This document shows, piece after piece, positions 1 through 10,060 of a DNA stretch of 64,000 bases. Made by a program: the position numbers and the translations under genes. The notes beneath the pieces are model-generated. The model did not search any database. It saw nothing but the letters and a program-made list of their open reading frames with translations, and had not been told where the DNA came from. This DNA is from Blastocatellia bacterium (lineage in GTDB: Bacteria; Acidobacteriota; Blastocatellia; UBA7656): assembly GCA_963765495.1 (NCBI GenBank), contig CAVXWP010000014.1, positions 54,952-118,951 on the forward strand, in the 5' to 3' direction. The stretch's first letter is position 1. The number at the start of each line of letters is the position of its first letter.

Positions 1-1
1 G

Positions 2-826
2 ATCGAAAGCCGCGTGACCGATACATCCGCACTTGCGGCTTTGCCCTCAGACCCCGACCGCACCGCGCTTGTGATCGACGCCGACCCGGCTTCGCTCTAT
101 CTGACAAGAAAGTATCTCTCCGAAGAATCCTACTCGGTCGCCGTCTCTGAAGATGCGAATCGCGGGATCGAGATAGCGCGGCTCGCGCAGCCGTCTCTCA
201 TCACCGTGGACCTGGATTCGCTTGAAGACGGGCCGGGCATCATCCGTAAGATCGCGGGCGACCGAAAGGCGGGTCTGCTGATTGCCATTTCGTCAAATGA
301 GTCGGCCAAATTTCGCGCCATCGAGGCCGGTGCCGATCTCTTCCTGCTCAAACCCGTCGAACGCGAGGAGTTGATTAAAGCTTTAGAACAGACATCCGCA
401 ACCGCGCAAACGGGTGGGCGGGTGCTCATCGTAGACGACGACCCCGACGCGCTCAATCTCGCTGTGGAGATGATCGAAGGGAGCGGATATGAAATCCTCA
501 AAGCGACAGGCGGACGCGAAGCCCTCGAAATGATCGCGGGTGCGCGGCCCGATGTCATCATACTCGACCTGACGATGCCTGAGATGGACGGGTTCGAAGT
601 GGCGCACCGACTAAGCCTGAACGCCGACTGGCGCGATATTCCTATCATACTGCTCACGGCGCGCGACCTTTCGCACGATGAGCGCCGCGCACTTGGCGCA
701 AACACCATGAGCACAATTCAGAAAGGCCGCTTCAGCCGAAAAGAATTGCTGGCTGAGATCAAAAAGGCGTTGAGCGCGACATCAGAAAAGGCGGGCAAAC
801 GGAGAGGCGCAGAGGCCGAAGGATAG
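2..826 (+). CDS. Tandem receiver (REC) domains, probably the C-terminus of a hybrid sensor kinase; 5'-partial
   Basis: Two REC motifs (LVIDAD...LITVDL...FLLKP; LIVDDD...IILDLTMPEMDGFE). Frame is open back to the window edge. Confidence 0.8.
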   Translation: MESRVTDTSALAALPSDPDRTALVIDADPASLYLTRKYLSEESYSVAVSEDANRGIEIARLAQPSLITVDLDSLEDGPGIIRKIAGDRKAGLLIAISSNESAKFRAIEAGADLFLLKPVEREELIKALEQTSATAQTGGRVLIVDDDPDALNLAVEMIEGSGYEILKATGGREALEMIAGARPDVIILDLTMPEMDGFEVAHRLSLNADWRDIPIILLTARDLSHDERRALGANTMSTIQKGRFSRKELLAEIKKALSATSEKAGKRRGAEAEG

Positions 827-896
827 AGGAAGGACGTCACATCCGGCGCGTGCCGGGGTGATTTGATTGCGTCCGCGCCTCTCCGAGGTCTAGCCA

Positions 897-1217
897 TCAA
901 TCACGATCCTGACGGTCGTGAGTCTGGCGATAAATATTGCGGTTCGAGCGATCAAGCATGTGGTCGAGGCGGCGGCGCTCGCGGAAAGTCACGCGCCCGT
1001 CAGACCTTGCGTATCTCTCATATCCTCTGATTCTTGCCTGCTCGGCTCCGAGCCGCGCAGCCTCGCGTCGGGTAAGCTCTCCGTCGCGAATCCCATGACG
1101 TATTCTGTGAACCTGACGGTGCTCGCGTCTGTTTACGACCGGCGTCTGCGCCATCGAAATTACGCTTGAGCCTAATACGAAAGCGCCCAGTAAAAAAATG
1201 CCGACAAGTCTCTTCAT
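897..1217 (-). CDS. Small secreted Arg-rich protein
   Basis: GGAG RBS before ATG 1217; signal peptide ending SMA-Q; repeated DG(E/R)(L/V)T.RE..RL motif. Confidence 0.7.
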   Translation of the reverse strand: MKRLVGIFLLGAFVLGSSVISMAQTPVVNRREHRQVHRIRHGIRDGELTRREAARLGAEQARIRGYERYARSDGRVTFRERRRLDHMLDRSNRNIYRQTHDRQDRD

Positions 1218-1377
1218 GTTTTCTCCCTTTCCCATCCGCCCTCGAAACAATTCCGACTACATTGAATAAGACAGACGCCTGCGCTGAAAGGTTTGAAAAT
1301 CTCTGAGAGGTTGATAATTCAGATGGAATTACGGAGGCCCAGGTTGCTGGCAAATTTGAGATGAGGGCTTGCTCTAA

Positions 1378-1953
1378 TTTCTGGCGCTGTCAACTCGTTC
1401 ACATTACGCCAATCCGAACTGGTTTGCAGCCACTTGTGAATATTTTGAACGTTCAATCAAAAGCTATGCAAACGAAGAAAACGTTTTCCAATATGCAGTG
1501 TTCTTACAGAATCACAATAAATTTAACGAGGCTGAAACATACTATCAACGATGCGTGAAAGGATTTGGTCAGGAGATTTCTATAGATTTCAAAGCAACGA
1601 CGTTAAACAATTTAGCGGTCTTGCACAGCGATAAAAACGAGTATGAGCAAGCGCAGAATGAATATGAAGAGGCGTTGACAATATATCGCCAGTTAGCGGA
1701 GGTGAATCCGGCAAGCTATCTGCCTGATGTGGCAATAACGCTGATAAATCTTTCTATTTTTTATCTTCAATCCAAGCCACATCAAGAAGAGTCTATTAAA
1801 TTCGTATTGGAGGCAATACGGATTCTTTTGCCAATCGTTGAGCGTATTCCTTATACACAGCCTTATCTGCAAACAGCGAAGGCTATTATGAAAGCATGGG
1901 GCTTGAGCGATGAAGAAATCCGGCTTTTGATTGAGAACAAACAGGAAATGTAG
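1378..1953 (+). pseudogene. Low-GC TPR protein, probably a 5'-truncated remnant
   Basis: TPR motifs (ATTLNNLAVLH...AQNEYEEALTIYRQL; PDVAITLINL). TPR-like sequence continues upstream of GTG 1498 to a TAA at 1375 with no good start. AT-rich relative to flanks. Confidence 0.6.
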
Positions 1954-1986
1954 TGAGAAGAATATCCCTCCAGCGATAGAGCGTAT

Positions 1987-2820
1987 TCATCGGCGGAACA
2001 ACAAAGAGATAGTCATCACAAGCCCGATCACTACTACCGCGCGGCGAACGAAACGCGGCCCGAGCATTTGCGCAAGCCCCGCTCCGCCGTAGCCTCCGGC
2101 AATCGCGCCCACGGCCATAATGAGAGCATCCGCCCAGTTGACGCTGCCTGACAGGCTGAAATAAACGGCGGCGATCCCGTTGATCGAAAGCCCGAGGAAA
2201 TTCTTTAATCCGTTCATCTGATGAATGTTCGTAAAGCCGAGCAGACCCATCGCGGCGAGCATCAGTATGCCTGCGCCCGCGCCGAAATACCCGACATAGA
2301 TCGCCACGAAAAACTGAAACACAATCGCGCCTATCCACCAGCTTGTGCGAGGGTCGCCCTCCCGCTGATCTGCCTGCGAGTCCGAGGTCTTTCTATCGCG
2401 GCGGCGCAGCATCTTATTTACAGGCTCTCCGGCGGCAAACAACACGGTGGCAAAGAGAATCAGATAGGGAATTATCACGGCAAATGTCTGCGAAGGCGTG
2501 CGCAAAAGCAGATAAGCGCCGACTATGCCGCCCACGATTGAAGGCGCGCCGAGCATAATCATCCATTTACGGCTGCCGACCAGTTCCCGGCGATAGCCGA
2601 TCATTCCCCCGATTGACGCGGGTATAAGCCCGAGCGTGCTTGTTATGTTGGCTACTATGGGGTCGCGGCCCATCCACAGCAATGTGGGAAAGGTGAGCAG
2701 AGTGCCGCCGCCCGCGACCGCGTTCATCATCCCGGCGACGAAGGCGGAAAAGAAGATGGCCAGCACGGAAAAAATTGAAGTGTAGGGCAAAAAGGCAAAC
2801 AGAAGAGTAGCCGCTATCAT
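1987..2820 (-). CDS. Sulfite exporter TauE/SafE (DUF81) family permease
   Basis: NAVAGGGTLLTFP and YVGYFGAGAG motifs; about 8 TM helices. Confidence 0.88.
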   Translation of the reverse strand: MIAATLLFAFLPYTSIFSVLAIFFSAFVAGMMNAVAGGGTLLTFPTLLWMGRDPIVANITSTLGLIPASIGGMIGYRRELVGSRKWMIMLGAPSIVGGIVGAYLLLRTPSQTFAVIIPYLILFATVLFAAGEPVNKMLRRRDRKTSDSQADQREGDPRTSWWIGAIVFQFFVAIYVGYFGAGAGILMLAAMGLLGFTNIHQMNGLKNFLGLSINGIAAVYFSLSGSVNWADALIMAVGAIAGGYGGAGLAQMLGPRFVRRAVVVIGLVMTISLLFRR

Positions 2821-2834
2821 TATGCTCTTGTCCT

Positions 2835-4049
2835 TTACGTTGCGGCTTCGTTCAAATAGCGGCGCGCGACGCGAGTCATAATCTCGACGCCCAGTTCGAG
2901 CGCCGATTCGTCAATGTCGAATCGCGCAGAGTGATGAGGGTGCACCAGCCCGCGCTCATCGTTTCGCGTGCCGAGGAAAAAATAACAGCCCGGTACTCGT
3001 TCAAGGAAATAACACATATCTTCGCCGCCCATTGTGCGCTCGTCGATCACTATATTGTCGGGGCCTACGACTTCGGCGGCGCAATCGGCTACGAGGCTGC
3101 ACATCTCTTGATTGTTGACAAGCGGCAGGGTATGTCTTATGTAGTCAAATTCATAAGTCGCGCCCATACTCGCGCAGACACCGCGAATCACGCGCTCGAT
3201 CATCTCGGGGATAGTCGCATGAGTCTCTCGATTAAAGGTGCGTACGGTTCCCCGCAGAGTAGCCGTGTCGGCTATCACGTTAAAGGCCGAGCCCGCGAAG
3301 AATTTGCCTACGGTCACGACCGCCGGATCAAGCGGCGAAATATTGCGGCTCACGACCGTCTGAAGCGCGATCACGATTTGAGCGGCGGTAACGATTGTGT
3401 CAACGGTCTGTTGCGGCATAGCGCCGTGGCCTCCTCTGCCGTGAACGGTCAACTCGAATTCGTCTACGGCGGCCATCATCGCGCCCGTGTAAACGCCGAC
3501 CTTGCCTACGGGCAGGTTGTTCCAGACGTGGAGTCCGACCGTAGCCGAAACCTGGGGGCTTTCCAGCACGCCGTCTTCGATCATAGCGACCGCGCCCTTG
3601 CCGCCTTCTTCGGCCGGTTGGAAGGCAAACTTGATATTGCCGCCCAGTTGATCGCGCTCGCCGATAAGACGCCTTGCGACAGCCAGCCCGATTGCCACGT
3701 GCGCATCATGACCGCAGGCGTGCATTACCCCGTCGTTTTGCGAGCGGTATTCAACGTTGTTCTCTTCATACACGGGAAGCGCATCCATGTCGGCGCGATA
3801 GAGCAATGTGCGAGGCGCAGTCTGTTTTGCCCCGCCCATTTTATCGCTCGCTTTGAGCAATCCGACAACGCCTGTTTTCCCGACCTCGCTCTCGACCTCA
3901 TAGCCGTACTCGCCCAAACGGTCGGCGATGGTGCGCGCCGTGAGTTGTTCGTTGTATGCCAGTTCAGGATGCCTGTGAAAATAGCGACGGTCGGCTATTA
4001 GTTGTTCAATCTCCGTCTGCTCAAGCGAGGTTGCGAAATTATCAGCCAT
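2835..4049 (-). CDS. M20D family amidohydrolase (HipO/YxeP-like)
   Basis: RRYFHRHPEL, RADMDALP, MHACGHD, FQPAEE, HHSARF motifs. Confidence 0.92.
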   Translation of the reverse strand: MADNFATSLEQTEIEQLIADRRYFHRHPELAYNEQLTARTIADRLGEYGYEVESEVGKTGVVGLLKASDKMGGAKQTAPRTLLYRADMDALPVYEENNVEYRSQNDGVMHACGHDAHVAIGLAVARRLIGERDQLGGNIKFAFQPAEEGGKGAVAMIEDGVLESPQVSATVGLHVWNNLPVGKVGVYTGAMMAAVDEFELTVHGRGGHGAMPQQTVDTIVTAAQIVIALQTVVSRNISPLDPAVVTVGKFFAGSAFNVIADTATLRGTVRTFNRETHATIPEMIERVIRGVCASMGATYEFDYIRHTLPLVNNQEMCSLVADCAAEVVGPDNIVIDERTMGGEDMCYFLERVPGCYFFLGTRNDERGLVHPHHSARFDIDESALELGVEIMTRVARRYLNEAAT

Positions 4050-4063
4050 AAGTTTCTCCTAAA

Positions 4064-4440
4064 TCAGTGGTCAGTGGTCAGCGCGAATCAGATCAGCAAT
4101 TCCCGGTCAGGCTGTAAGTTGATGAAATCAAAAGAGGAAGCGAAAAAGATAATTGCGAAAGTAAATTCTGTTGTACCAACAGTTATAGCAAAATCGGATA
4201 GATGTAATCGGTGTTTTGCGCTAAGTGCTGTGATTGCCTTAATTACAACGCAATTTCACGATTTCTAATCTCCTTTGTTCGCTTCAATTCCGGTCTAACC
4301 GGGAATCGCTGGAAACAGATCCGCGTAAATCCGTCGCATCCGTCGCATCCGGGGCCTATTCCCATTTACCAATCTGGGGATTCCGGTTTAATCAGAATCT
4401 TTACTCGACTCGCCACTGACCACTGACCACTGCTCACTGC
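4064..4440. repeat. Inverted pair of CAGTGGT heptamer arrays flanking an intergenic cassette
   Basis: TCAGTGGTCAGTGGTCAG at 4064 and CCACTGACCACTGACCACTG at 4413. Confidence 0.7.
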
Positions 4441-4444
4441 CTGC

Positions 4445-5587
4445 TTACCTTATCCGGTCAAGGCCGTGTGCGTCATCAGGCGAGGCCGGTTCGTTTTCGG
4501 CGGCGCGTTTGTGCTCATCGGTCAGCAACTTCATCATCTCTTCGCGGCGCTCATAGAGTCGCTTGAGCCTTCTGGGTTTGTGGCGGGCAAGCGCGTAAGC
4601 TGTGATTATGGGCAGCGCAATCGTCGAGTCGAGATAACAGACCACCGCGTCGGGCAGGCGGTCGGGATCAATCTTGCCCCAGCTCACGGCTTCCGAAGGC
4701 GAGGCCCCCGACAGACCTCCTGTGTCGGGGCGAGCGTCTGTCACCTGTAAAAAGTAGTCGTGACCTTTCTCTTCGATCTTCAGCACTTCCTGAATCTGCG
4801 GCTCGGTCTGGAGCAGGAAGTTTTTCGGGCTTCCGCCGCCGAGGATAAAGACGGCCGACTTGCCGCCTCCGCGCTTTGCGGCGAGCACTATGGAGGCGGT
4901 TTCGTTCACATCCGCCGTCACATCATAACGGAGCCTGTTTCCTGTGAGCGCCTTTGCGGCCACGTTCATGCCGATGGAACTGTCGCCCGGCGATGATGTG
5001 TATATCGGCACGGCGGCTTCGTATGCCGCGGCCAGCACGCTCTTGCGCCCGATATTCAGGACGCGCTCGCGCTCGGCAATGTATTTGCCCGCGAGATAGT
5101 GAAATTCCGCCGTGCTCATATCGCGCTGAAACTCCGCGCCCTCGATCATCTTGCGATAAAAAGAGTCGGTCGAAAGCAGCACGTCATAATCGAAGAATAT
5201 GTCATAAATGCGGACTACGCCTTCTTCGCGCAACACTACGTCGGAGATTTGCGGATTGCCTCGATGCATACGAAGACCTATGCCGAAGTGTGTATCGTGA
5301 TAAAGATTCGCGCCGGTCGAGACTATCCAGTCAACAAAGCCGTTTTCGATAAGCGGAATTACAGATGACATTCCAAGCCCGGCAGGCGTAAGCGCGCCGG
5401 TCAGGCTCATCCCTATCGTCACATCGTCTTCGAGCATCTTCTCTGCGAATAGCTGACAGCCCTCGCGCAGTCGGGCCGCGTTGTATGCGAGGAAGGCCGA
5501 CTCTACAAGCTCGGCCACGCTCATCTCTCCGGTTACAGGTTGCGGGTCTATCGCGGACCCGCCTAGAAAATTGTGTCTGTTCGCCAT
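4445..5587 (-). CDS. Deoxyhypusine synthase-like protein (probable homospermidine synthase, SpeY-like)
   Basis: [29 protein letters not shown] and EAVSWGK with the active-site Lys. Confidence 0.88.
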   Translation of the reverse strand: MANRHNFLGGSAIDPQPVTGEMSVAELVESAFLAYNAARLREGCQLFAEKMLEDDVTIGMSLTGALTPAGLGMSSVIPLIENGFVDWIVSTGANLYHDTHFGIGLRMHRGNPQISDVVLREEGVVRIYDIFFDYDVLLSTDSFYRKMIEGAEFQRDMSTAEFHYLAGKYIAERERVLNIGRKSVLAAAYEAAVPIYTSSPGDSSIGMNVAAKALTGNRLRYDVTADVNETASIVLAAKRGGGKSAVFILGGGSPKNFLLQTEPQIQEVLKIEEKGHDYFLQVTDARPDTGGLSGASPSEAVSWGKIDPDRLPDAVVCYLDSTIALPIITAYALARHKPRRLKRLYERREEMMKLLTDEHKRAAENEPASPDDAHGLDRIR

Positions 5588-5667
5588 CTTTACCTCAAAT
5601 TAATAACCTCGATTTTTTTGACAGGGTTTACCTGATTTCTGTCAAATTCTTTTTCACCTGTCGCGCT

Positions 5668-6087
5668 TCACTCGGCAAGGTAAGGCGTGAGCCGCTCGAT
5701 TATTTCAGCCGGTATAGGCATGGATTTGAAAGTAGAGCGACCGACACAGGCGAGCACTACGTGGCCGTCGGCAACCAGACCGCTCTCGCCTTTTCTGGTC
5801 ACTTCAAACCGAAGTGTCAGCGATTTTGTGCCGAACCGCCCGACATATGCCGATACTTCTATCAGGTCGTCGAGAACCAGAGGCTTGCGAAAATCGAAAT
5901 GGATTTGAACTCTCGGAAGCCAGATATCGAGACGGTCGAAGACCTCGGAGTAAGGCAGCCCCACAGCGCGGAACAACTCCGTCTCTGCGATTTCGAAAAA
6001 TCTGAGGAACTGGCCGTAATAAATTATCCCCGCTCGATCCACATCCGACCATCTGACCGGCTCTTCGATTGTAAACCGTTTGTGCAT
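5668..6087 (-). CDS. Acyl-CoA thioesterase (4HBT/YbgC hot-dog fold)
   Basis: VRWSDVDRAGIIYYGQFLRFFE motif. Confidence 0.88.
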   Translation of the reverse strand: MHKRFTIEEPVRWSDVDRAGIIYYGQFLRFFEIAETELFRAVGLPYSEVFDRLDIWLPRVQIHFDFRKPLVLDDLIEVSAYVGRFGTKSLTLRFEVTRKGESGLVADGHVVLACVGRSTFKSMPIPAEIIERLTPYLAE

Positions 6088-6224
6088 ATTCAACCTTTCG
6101 GGTGACATTCGATTGTAGACAATCGAAAACCGCTTGTCATCTCAGGTCTTCGCGCGTCTGTGATATTATTCATCCCCGGTCGCCTTCAAGCAGCCGAAAA
6201 GCGCTTTTAGGACATCTAAAAATC

Positions 6225-6716
6225 GTGAAACGAACAGTGCAAATCACAGGGCTTGTGATCGCGCTCCTGTACGCGGCAAGCATAATCTGGCTTTATGTGC
6301 GCCAGCCGCGCACATTTGAAGAACTCAAGACTCAGGCGGCGGTCGAAACCAGCGTCTATCGAGTCAAGCAGGAAAACTTCGATGAGGCCCTCAGACAATT
6401 TAACGCGGGCCAGTACCAGGTTGCTATCGCGCAGTTTGAACTGGCCGACCCTGCGCGCCTCGACCCTCAGACGCAGTTCTATATCGCTTATTCTTATTAC
6501 AAACTCGGAGGAGGCACCGTTTACGACGACGATGAGATGTTTAAGAAGGGGCTTGAAGCCGTAGATCAGTGTCTGCGTGTTGCGCCTAACAATATATTCG
6601 AGATAGACCGAACGGACCTTGAGATACGAAGCGCCGGAGTCTTGCGCGAGCGGTTTCAAGAAGGGCTGAAAGTATCGCCTTCGGATTTCAATCCGCTCAA
6701 CTGGTTCAAGAGATGA
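6225..6716 (+). CDS. Membrane-anchored TPR-like protein
   Basis: GTG start at 6225, N-terminal TM helix, TPR-like helices. Confidence 0.65.
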   Translation: MKRTVQITGLVIALLYAASIIWLYVRQPRTFEELKTQAAVETSVYRVKQENFDEALRQFNAGQYQVAIAQFELADPARLDPQTQFYIAYSYYKLGGGTVYDDDEMFKKGLEAVDQCLRVAPNNIFEIDRTDLEIRSAGVLRERFQEGLKVSPSDFNPLNWFKR

Positions 6717-6741
6717 AAGGCAGGCCCGGAGACTGATTCGA

Positions 6742-7551
6742 ATGCAAAAGCCCGCGACAAAAGACGTACTCTCCTACATCATCGTGCCGTTCATATTCCT
6801 GACGGTGGCGCTTGTGGGCGGCGTGCGCATCACGGTTGAAAACCACGAACTGCAATTCATCGGGCCGCAACTCGTCTCGTTGATACTCGCGGCGTTTGCC
6901 ATGATTTTGTTCGCGCGCGGGGGTCTTGTAGAACTGCCCCGCTACGTGGGCGAACATCGCGGATTGCTTGATAACGCTTCCGGGGTTGTGAGCCTGGTGA
7001 GCCTCTATTTTGCGACGGTCCAGATTTTCAACTCGGTCACGCCGGAACGGGGGCTGCTGAATTTCTTCTTTTATCTCTTTTACTTTCTGATCTTCTGGAA
7101 CAATCTGTTTGTGGTCTTCAACCCTGCGCGGTTGGCAAAGAGCCTGGCCACGGTCCTTGGCGCATCGTTCCTTTTGAAATACCTTGTACTGGCGGATCTG
7201 TTTGCGCCGACCGAGTCGTGGGCAAAATACATACTGCAACGGCTGATGCAAACGGCTTCGCTTGGCGCGCTCGATTATCAGGCGTTTGCCCCGGCTACAG
7301 GCTACATAGGATTTGCCGCGCTTGCGCTTTACCTGCTTGGACTCTATTTGATCGCGCCCCCGGTTGACCGGGCGGAAGAGTTGCTCTACAGGATATTCAT
7401 CGAGCGATACAGACTCACGCCCGCCGAGCGCCGCCGCTTGCTTACTACCATTGCCGAGACGGCCTCCCTCAATGAAGGTGTTATTGAAGAAGATGTTATT
7501 GAAGCCGATGTGGTCGAGCCTCAAACCCTTGAGGTGCGCGACTCCGACTAA
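6742..7551 (+). CDS. Polytopic membrane protein, function unknown
   Basis: About 6 hydrophobic segments; co-directional with the upstream gene. Confidence 0.75.
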   Translation: MQKPATKDVLSYIIVPFIFLTVALVGGVRITVENHELQFIGPQLVSLILAAFAMILFARGGLVELPRYVGEHRGLLDNASGVVSLVSLYFATVQIFNSVTPERGLLNFFFYLFYFLIFWNNLFVVFNPARLAKSLATVLGASFLLKYLVLADLFAPTESWAKYILQRLMQTASLGALDYQAFAPATGYIGFAALALYLLGLYLIAPPVDRAEELLYRIFIERYRLTPAERRRLLTTIAETASLNEGVIEEDVIEADVVEPQTLEVRDSD

Positions 7552-7563
7552 CGCGCCTGTGAG

Positions 7564-7833
7564 TTACCAGTCAAGATCGTAGGACTCTACGCCGAGGGTT
7601 TCGTAAAGCGAGGATGCCTGAGCTTTCGAGGGTGGTTTTGCGGGCACATCCAGAACGCGAACCGTGGTGAGCGAGCCGCGCTGGCGTATGCTGATTTCAT
7701 CGCCTGCGCGCACTTCACGCGCGCTCTTTGCCTGATTTCCGTTAAGGCTGATCGCGCCCGCCTCGCACATCTGCTGCGCGAGCGTGCGGCGCGGGACGAG
7801 CCGACTCTGCTTTAAGAAGATATCCAGTCGCAT
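7564..7833 (-). CDS. S4-domain RNA-binding protein (Hsp15/RqcP-YabO family)
   Basis: MRLDIFLK.SRLVPRRTLAQ.MC..G...NG..AK motif, 89 aa. Confidence 0.88.
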   Translation of the reverse strand: MRLDIFLKQSRLVPRRTLAQQMCEAGAISLNGNQAKSAREVRAGDEISIRQRGSLTTVRVLDVPAKPPSKAQASSLYETLGVESYDLDW

Positions 7834-7992
7834 TTTTGAGCAATAGTCTCAAGGTCAGACACGGGGACGCGGCGAAAAGAGGGAGCAGGGGGAATTTGAA
7901 TTTGATGAATCATAGAATCCGACAAATGATCGCCGCGCCCTCGTGTTGCCCCATCTCTGCATTTTCGCATCCCCGTGTTGCCCCGTCGTAGC

Positions 7993-9027
7993 CTACTGAT
8001 TCTCTTTCTTTTCTTCTACTACCTGAGCCTGATAGCGGTCGGTAATCTTTATATAAGCCTCTTCGCGCAACTGCTTGAGGTATTTCTTGCGGGCGTCCTC
8101 GGCTTGATCCATCACAGCGGCGTTGGCTACGGCCTGCTGGACCTTGGGGTCGTCAAACGGGAGCACCTGTTCAGGCTTTCGCTCGTCCACGCGAACAATT
8201 TGAAAACCGTCCTGAACCCTTAGGGGCTCGGTAATGTCGCCGACCTTGAGCGTCGAGATGGCTTTTTCTATATCTTCTTTCATCTCGCCCGGCTTGAAGG
8301 TCCCAAGCTTTCCGTCCCGCGCCCGCGAAGGCTGGTTTTGCGCTGTGTACTTGTGCACCGCTTCGACAAAGGATAATGCCCCGCCGCGCAATTCGGCTAC
8401 GATGCGGCGAGCGCGCTGCTCTACATCGGCTGCGGTGTAGCCTTCGAGCGGCAAAAATATTTCAGAGATAGTCACTTCGCCCGGCTTTGTGAACTCTTTC
8501 TTATACTTTTCATAAAAATCGCGACGATCTTTATCGGTAAGATTGGCATAGATCGGCTGGAGCACTTCGCGCTGAATTACGTATCTTTGCTGGAACTGCT
8601 TGCGTAGCGATGACCTCGCCGTTTCCGGTTCTATCCCCTGCTTTTTGAGTTCCTGCTCAAGGGCTAATGCATTTGGCAGATTGTTCTCTTTGGCAATGGC
8701 ATCCATCTGCTCATTGATCTCGGCTTCAACATCTATGCCGAGTTCCTTGGCCTTTTGCTGAAGCAGCAGATCGTCGATCATGATATCGAGCACGGTCGGC
8801 TTGAGTTTCTCGATCTGCGCTTCTATTTCGGCCTGACTTTTACCCTGCATCTGGCGGGTAATCTCCGTCCTTAAATCGTTTTGCGCGTTATTATAGTCGT
8901 TTAGCGTGATTATATCGCTATTGACGTGGGCCACTATCTCGTTCACCAGTGTCGGTTCCTGCGCGTGCGTGTGCGCCACAAAACCCAGAATCAGAGCAGC
9001 CCCAAGCATTCCACTTAGAAACTTCAT
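7993..9027 (-). CDS. SurA-like peptidyl-prolyl isomerase/chaperone
   Basis: Signal peptide, EIVAHVNSDIIT SurA N-terminal motif, parvulin domain (DGKLG...GFQIV). Confidence 0.85.
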   Translation of the reverse strand: MKFLSGMLGAALILGFVAHTHAQEPTLVNEIVAHVNSDIITLNDYNNAQNDLRTEITRQMQGKSQAEIEAQIEKLKPTVLDIMIDDLLLQQKAKELGIDVEAEINEQMDAIAKENNLPNALALEQELKKQGIEPETARSSLRKQFQQRYVIQREVLQPIYANLTDKDRRDFYEKYKKEFTKPGEVTISEIFLPLEGYTAADVEQRARRIVAELRGGALSFVEAVHKYTAQNQPSRARDGKLGTFKPGEMKEDIEKAISTLKVGDITEPLRVQDGFQIVRVDERKPEQVLPFDDPKVQQAVANAAVMDQAEDARKKYLKQLREEAYIKITDRYQAQVVEEKKENQ

Positions 9028-9127
9028 ACTACACATCCTCTCTTTGAATTATCAGCGATGAATTATGAACGATGGATTGCCATCGTTTTGCATTCACCCG
9101 GGATCAACCGTCCTTGATCGGTAAAGT

Positions 9128-10060
9128 TTAATTTTGCCTGAACTGACCCTCATATGTGAAGCCCAGAGTTTTATCATTAATTTTGACCACCGCCTGCGTG
9201 GCGAGCCTTGAGAGCGCTTCGTCTACGACCTGCTGATTTCTGCGGGCGACAAGCTCCTGGGCGAGTTGCGACCTGCGGTCATCGAGTTGCGACCTGCGCT
9301 CTTCTATCGGGCGCGGTTGTATGCGATGTTCGAGCTTGAAAATGTGAAAGCCGTAGGTTGATTCGATAACCTGGCTCACATCGCCGGGTCTGAGCGGTTG
9401 AATGGCCTTTTCGAGAACCGCCGGCATCTGCCCTTCCTCGTAGCGCGCAAGCCCCCCCTTTTCGGCGTTCGGCGCATCGGAGTGCAAGCGGGCGACGGCG
9501 GCAAAATCGCGGTGCTCTTCGGTGACTTCGCGCCGCAGCTTTTCCGCCTCTTCGCGCGATTGAGTGCGAATTTCGCGCACAAAAAATCCGGGCCGGTCGG
9601 TCAATCGTGCCTGGTTCTCTTCGATGTAATGCTGAATCTCTTCGGGCGATACGTGCACATTGCGCAGCAATACCTGCTGATAGTATTTTTCAATCAGCAG
9701 ATCGTTCATATACTCTTCGCGTGTGTCTGCGGTCGCCGCCGTAGACTTCATCTGCGGATTATCCTGAGCGGCCTGATCCACTTCCGCCCCCGATATGGTA
9801 AGCCCCGAGCGCGCAGCTTCGTCGAGCACAAGACGGCGGCGTATGTATTCGTCAAGCATCTGGCTGCGGAGGGCATCGCTCGTTTCCGTCGAAGTCAACT
9901 CGCCCATCTTCAGAGTGAGGAATCGCTCGAATTCGGCGCGGTGAATCTCTTTGCCGTTGGCGCTGGCGATTACGGGCGAGCGGTCACTGTTGCCGCGACA
10001 CCCCATAACAAGCCCGCCCGCCGCAATACATAGGAGTAGGATTGATACTGCCGGTTTCAT
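9128..10060 (-). CDS. PpiC-type PPIase (PrsA/SurA-like), probable lipoprotein
   Basis: Lipobox-like VMGC; FAAVARLHS...KGGL...STYGFHIFK parvulin motif. Confidence 0.85.
   Translation of the reverse strand: MKPAVSILLLCIAAGGLVMGCRGNSDRSPVIASANGKEIHRAEFERFLTLKMGELTSTETSDALRSQMLDEYIRRRLVLDEAARSGLTISGAEVDQAAQDNPQMKSTAATADTREEYMNDLLIEKYYQQVLLRNVHVSPEEIQHYIEENQARLTDRPGFFVREIRTQSREEAEKLRREVTEEHRDFAAVARLHSDAPNAEKGGLARYEEGQMPAVLEKAIQPLRPGDVSQVIESTYGFHIFKLEHRIQPRPIEERRSQLDDRRSQLAQELVARRNQQVVDEALSRLATQAVVKINDKTLGFTYEGQFRQN

Noticed and set aside
2931-4001. Long antisense ORFs (also 6706-7524, 22400-23395, 36546-37286, 42889-43698)
   Set aside because: They mirror well-supported genes in GC-rich DNA and have no recognisable motifs.
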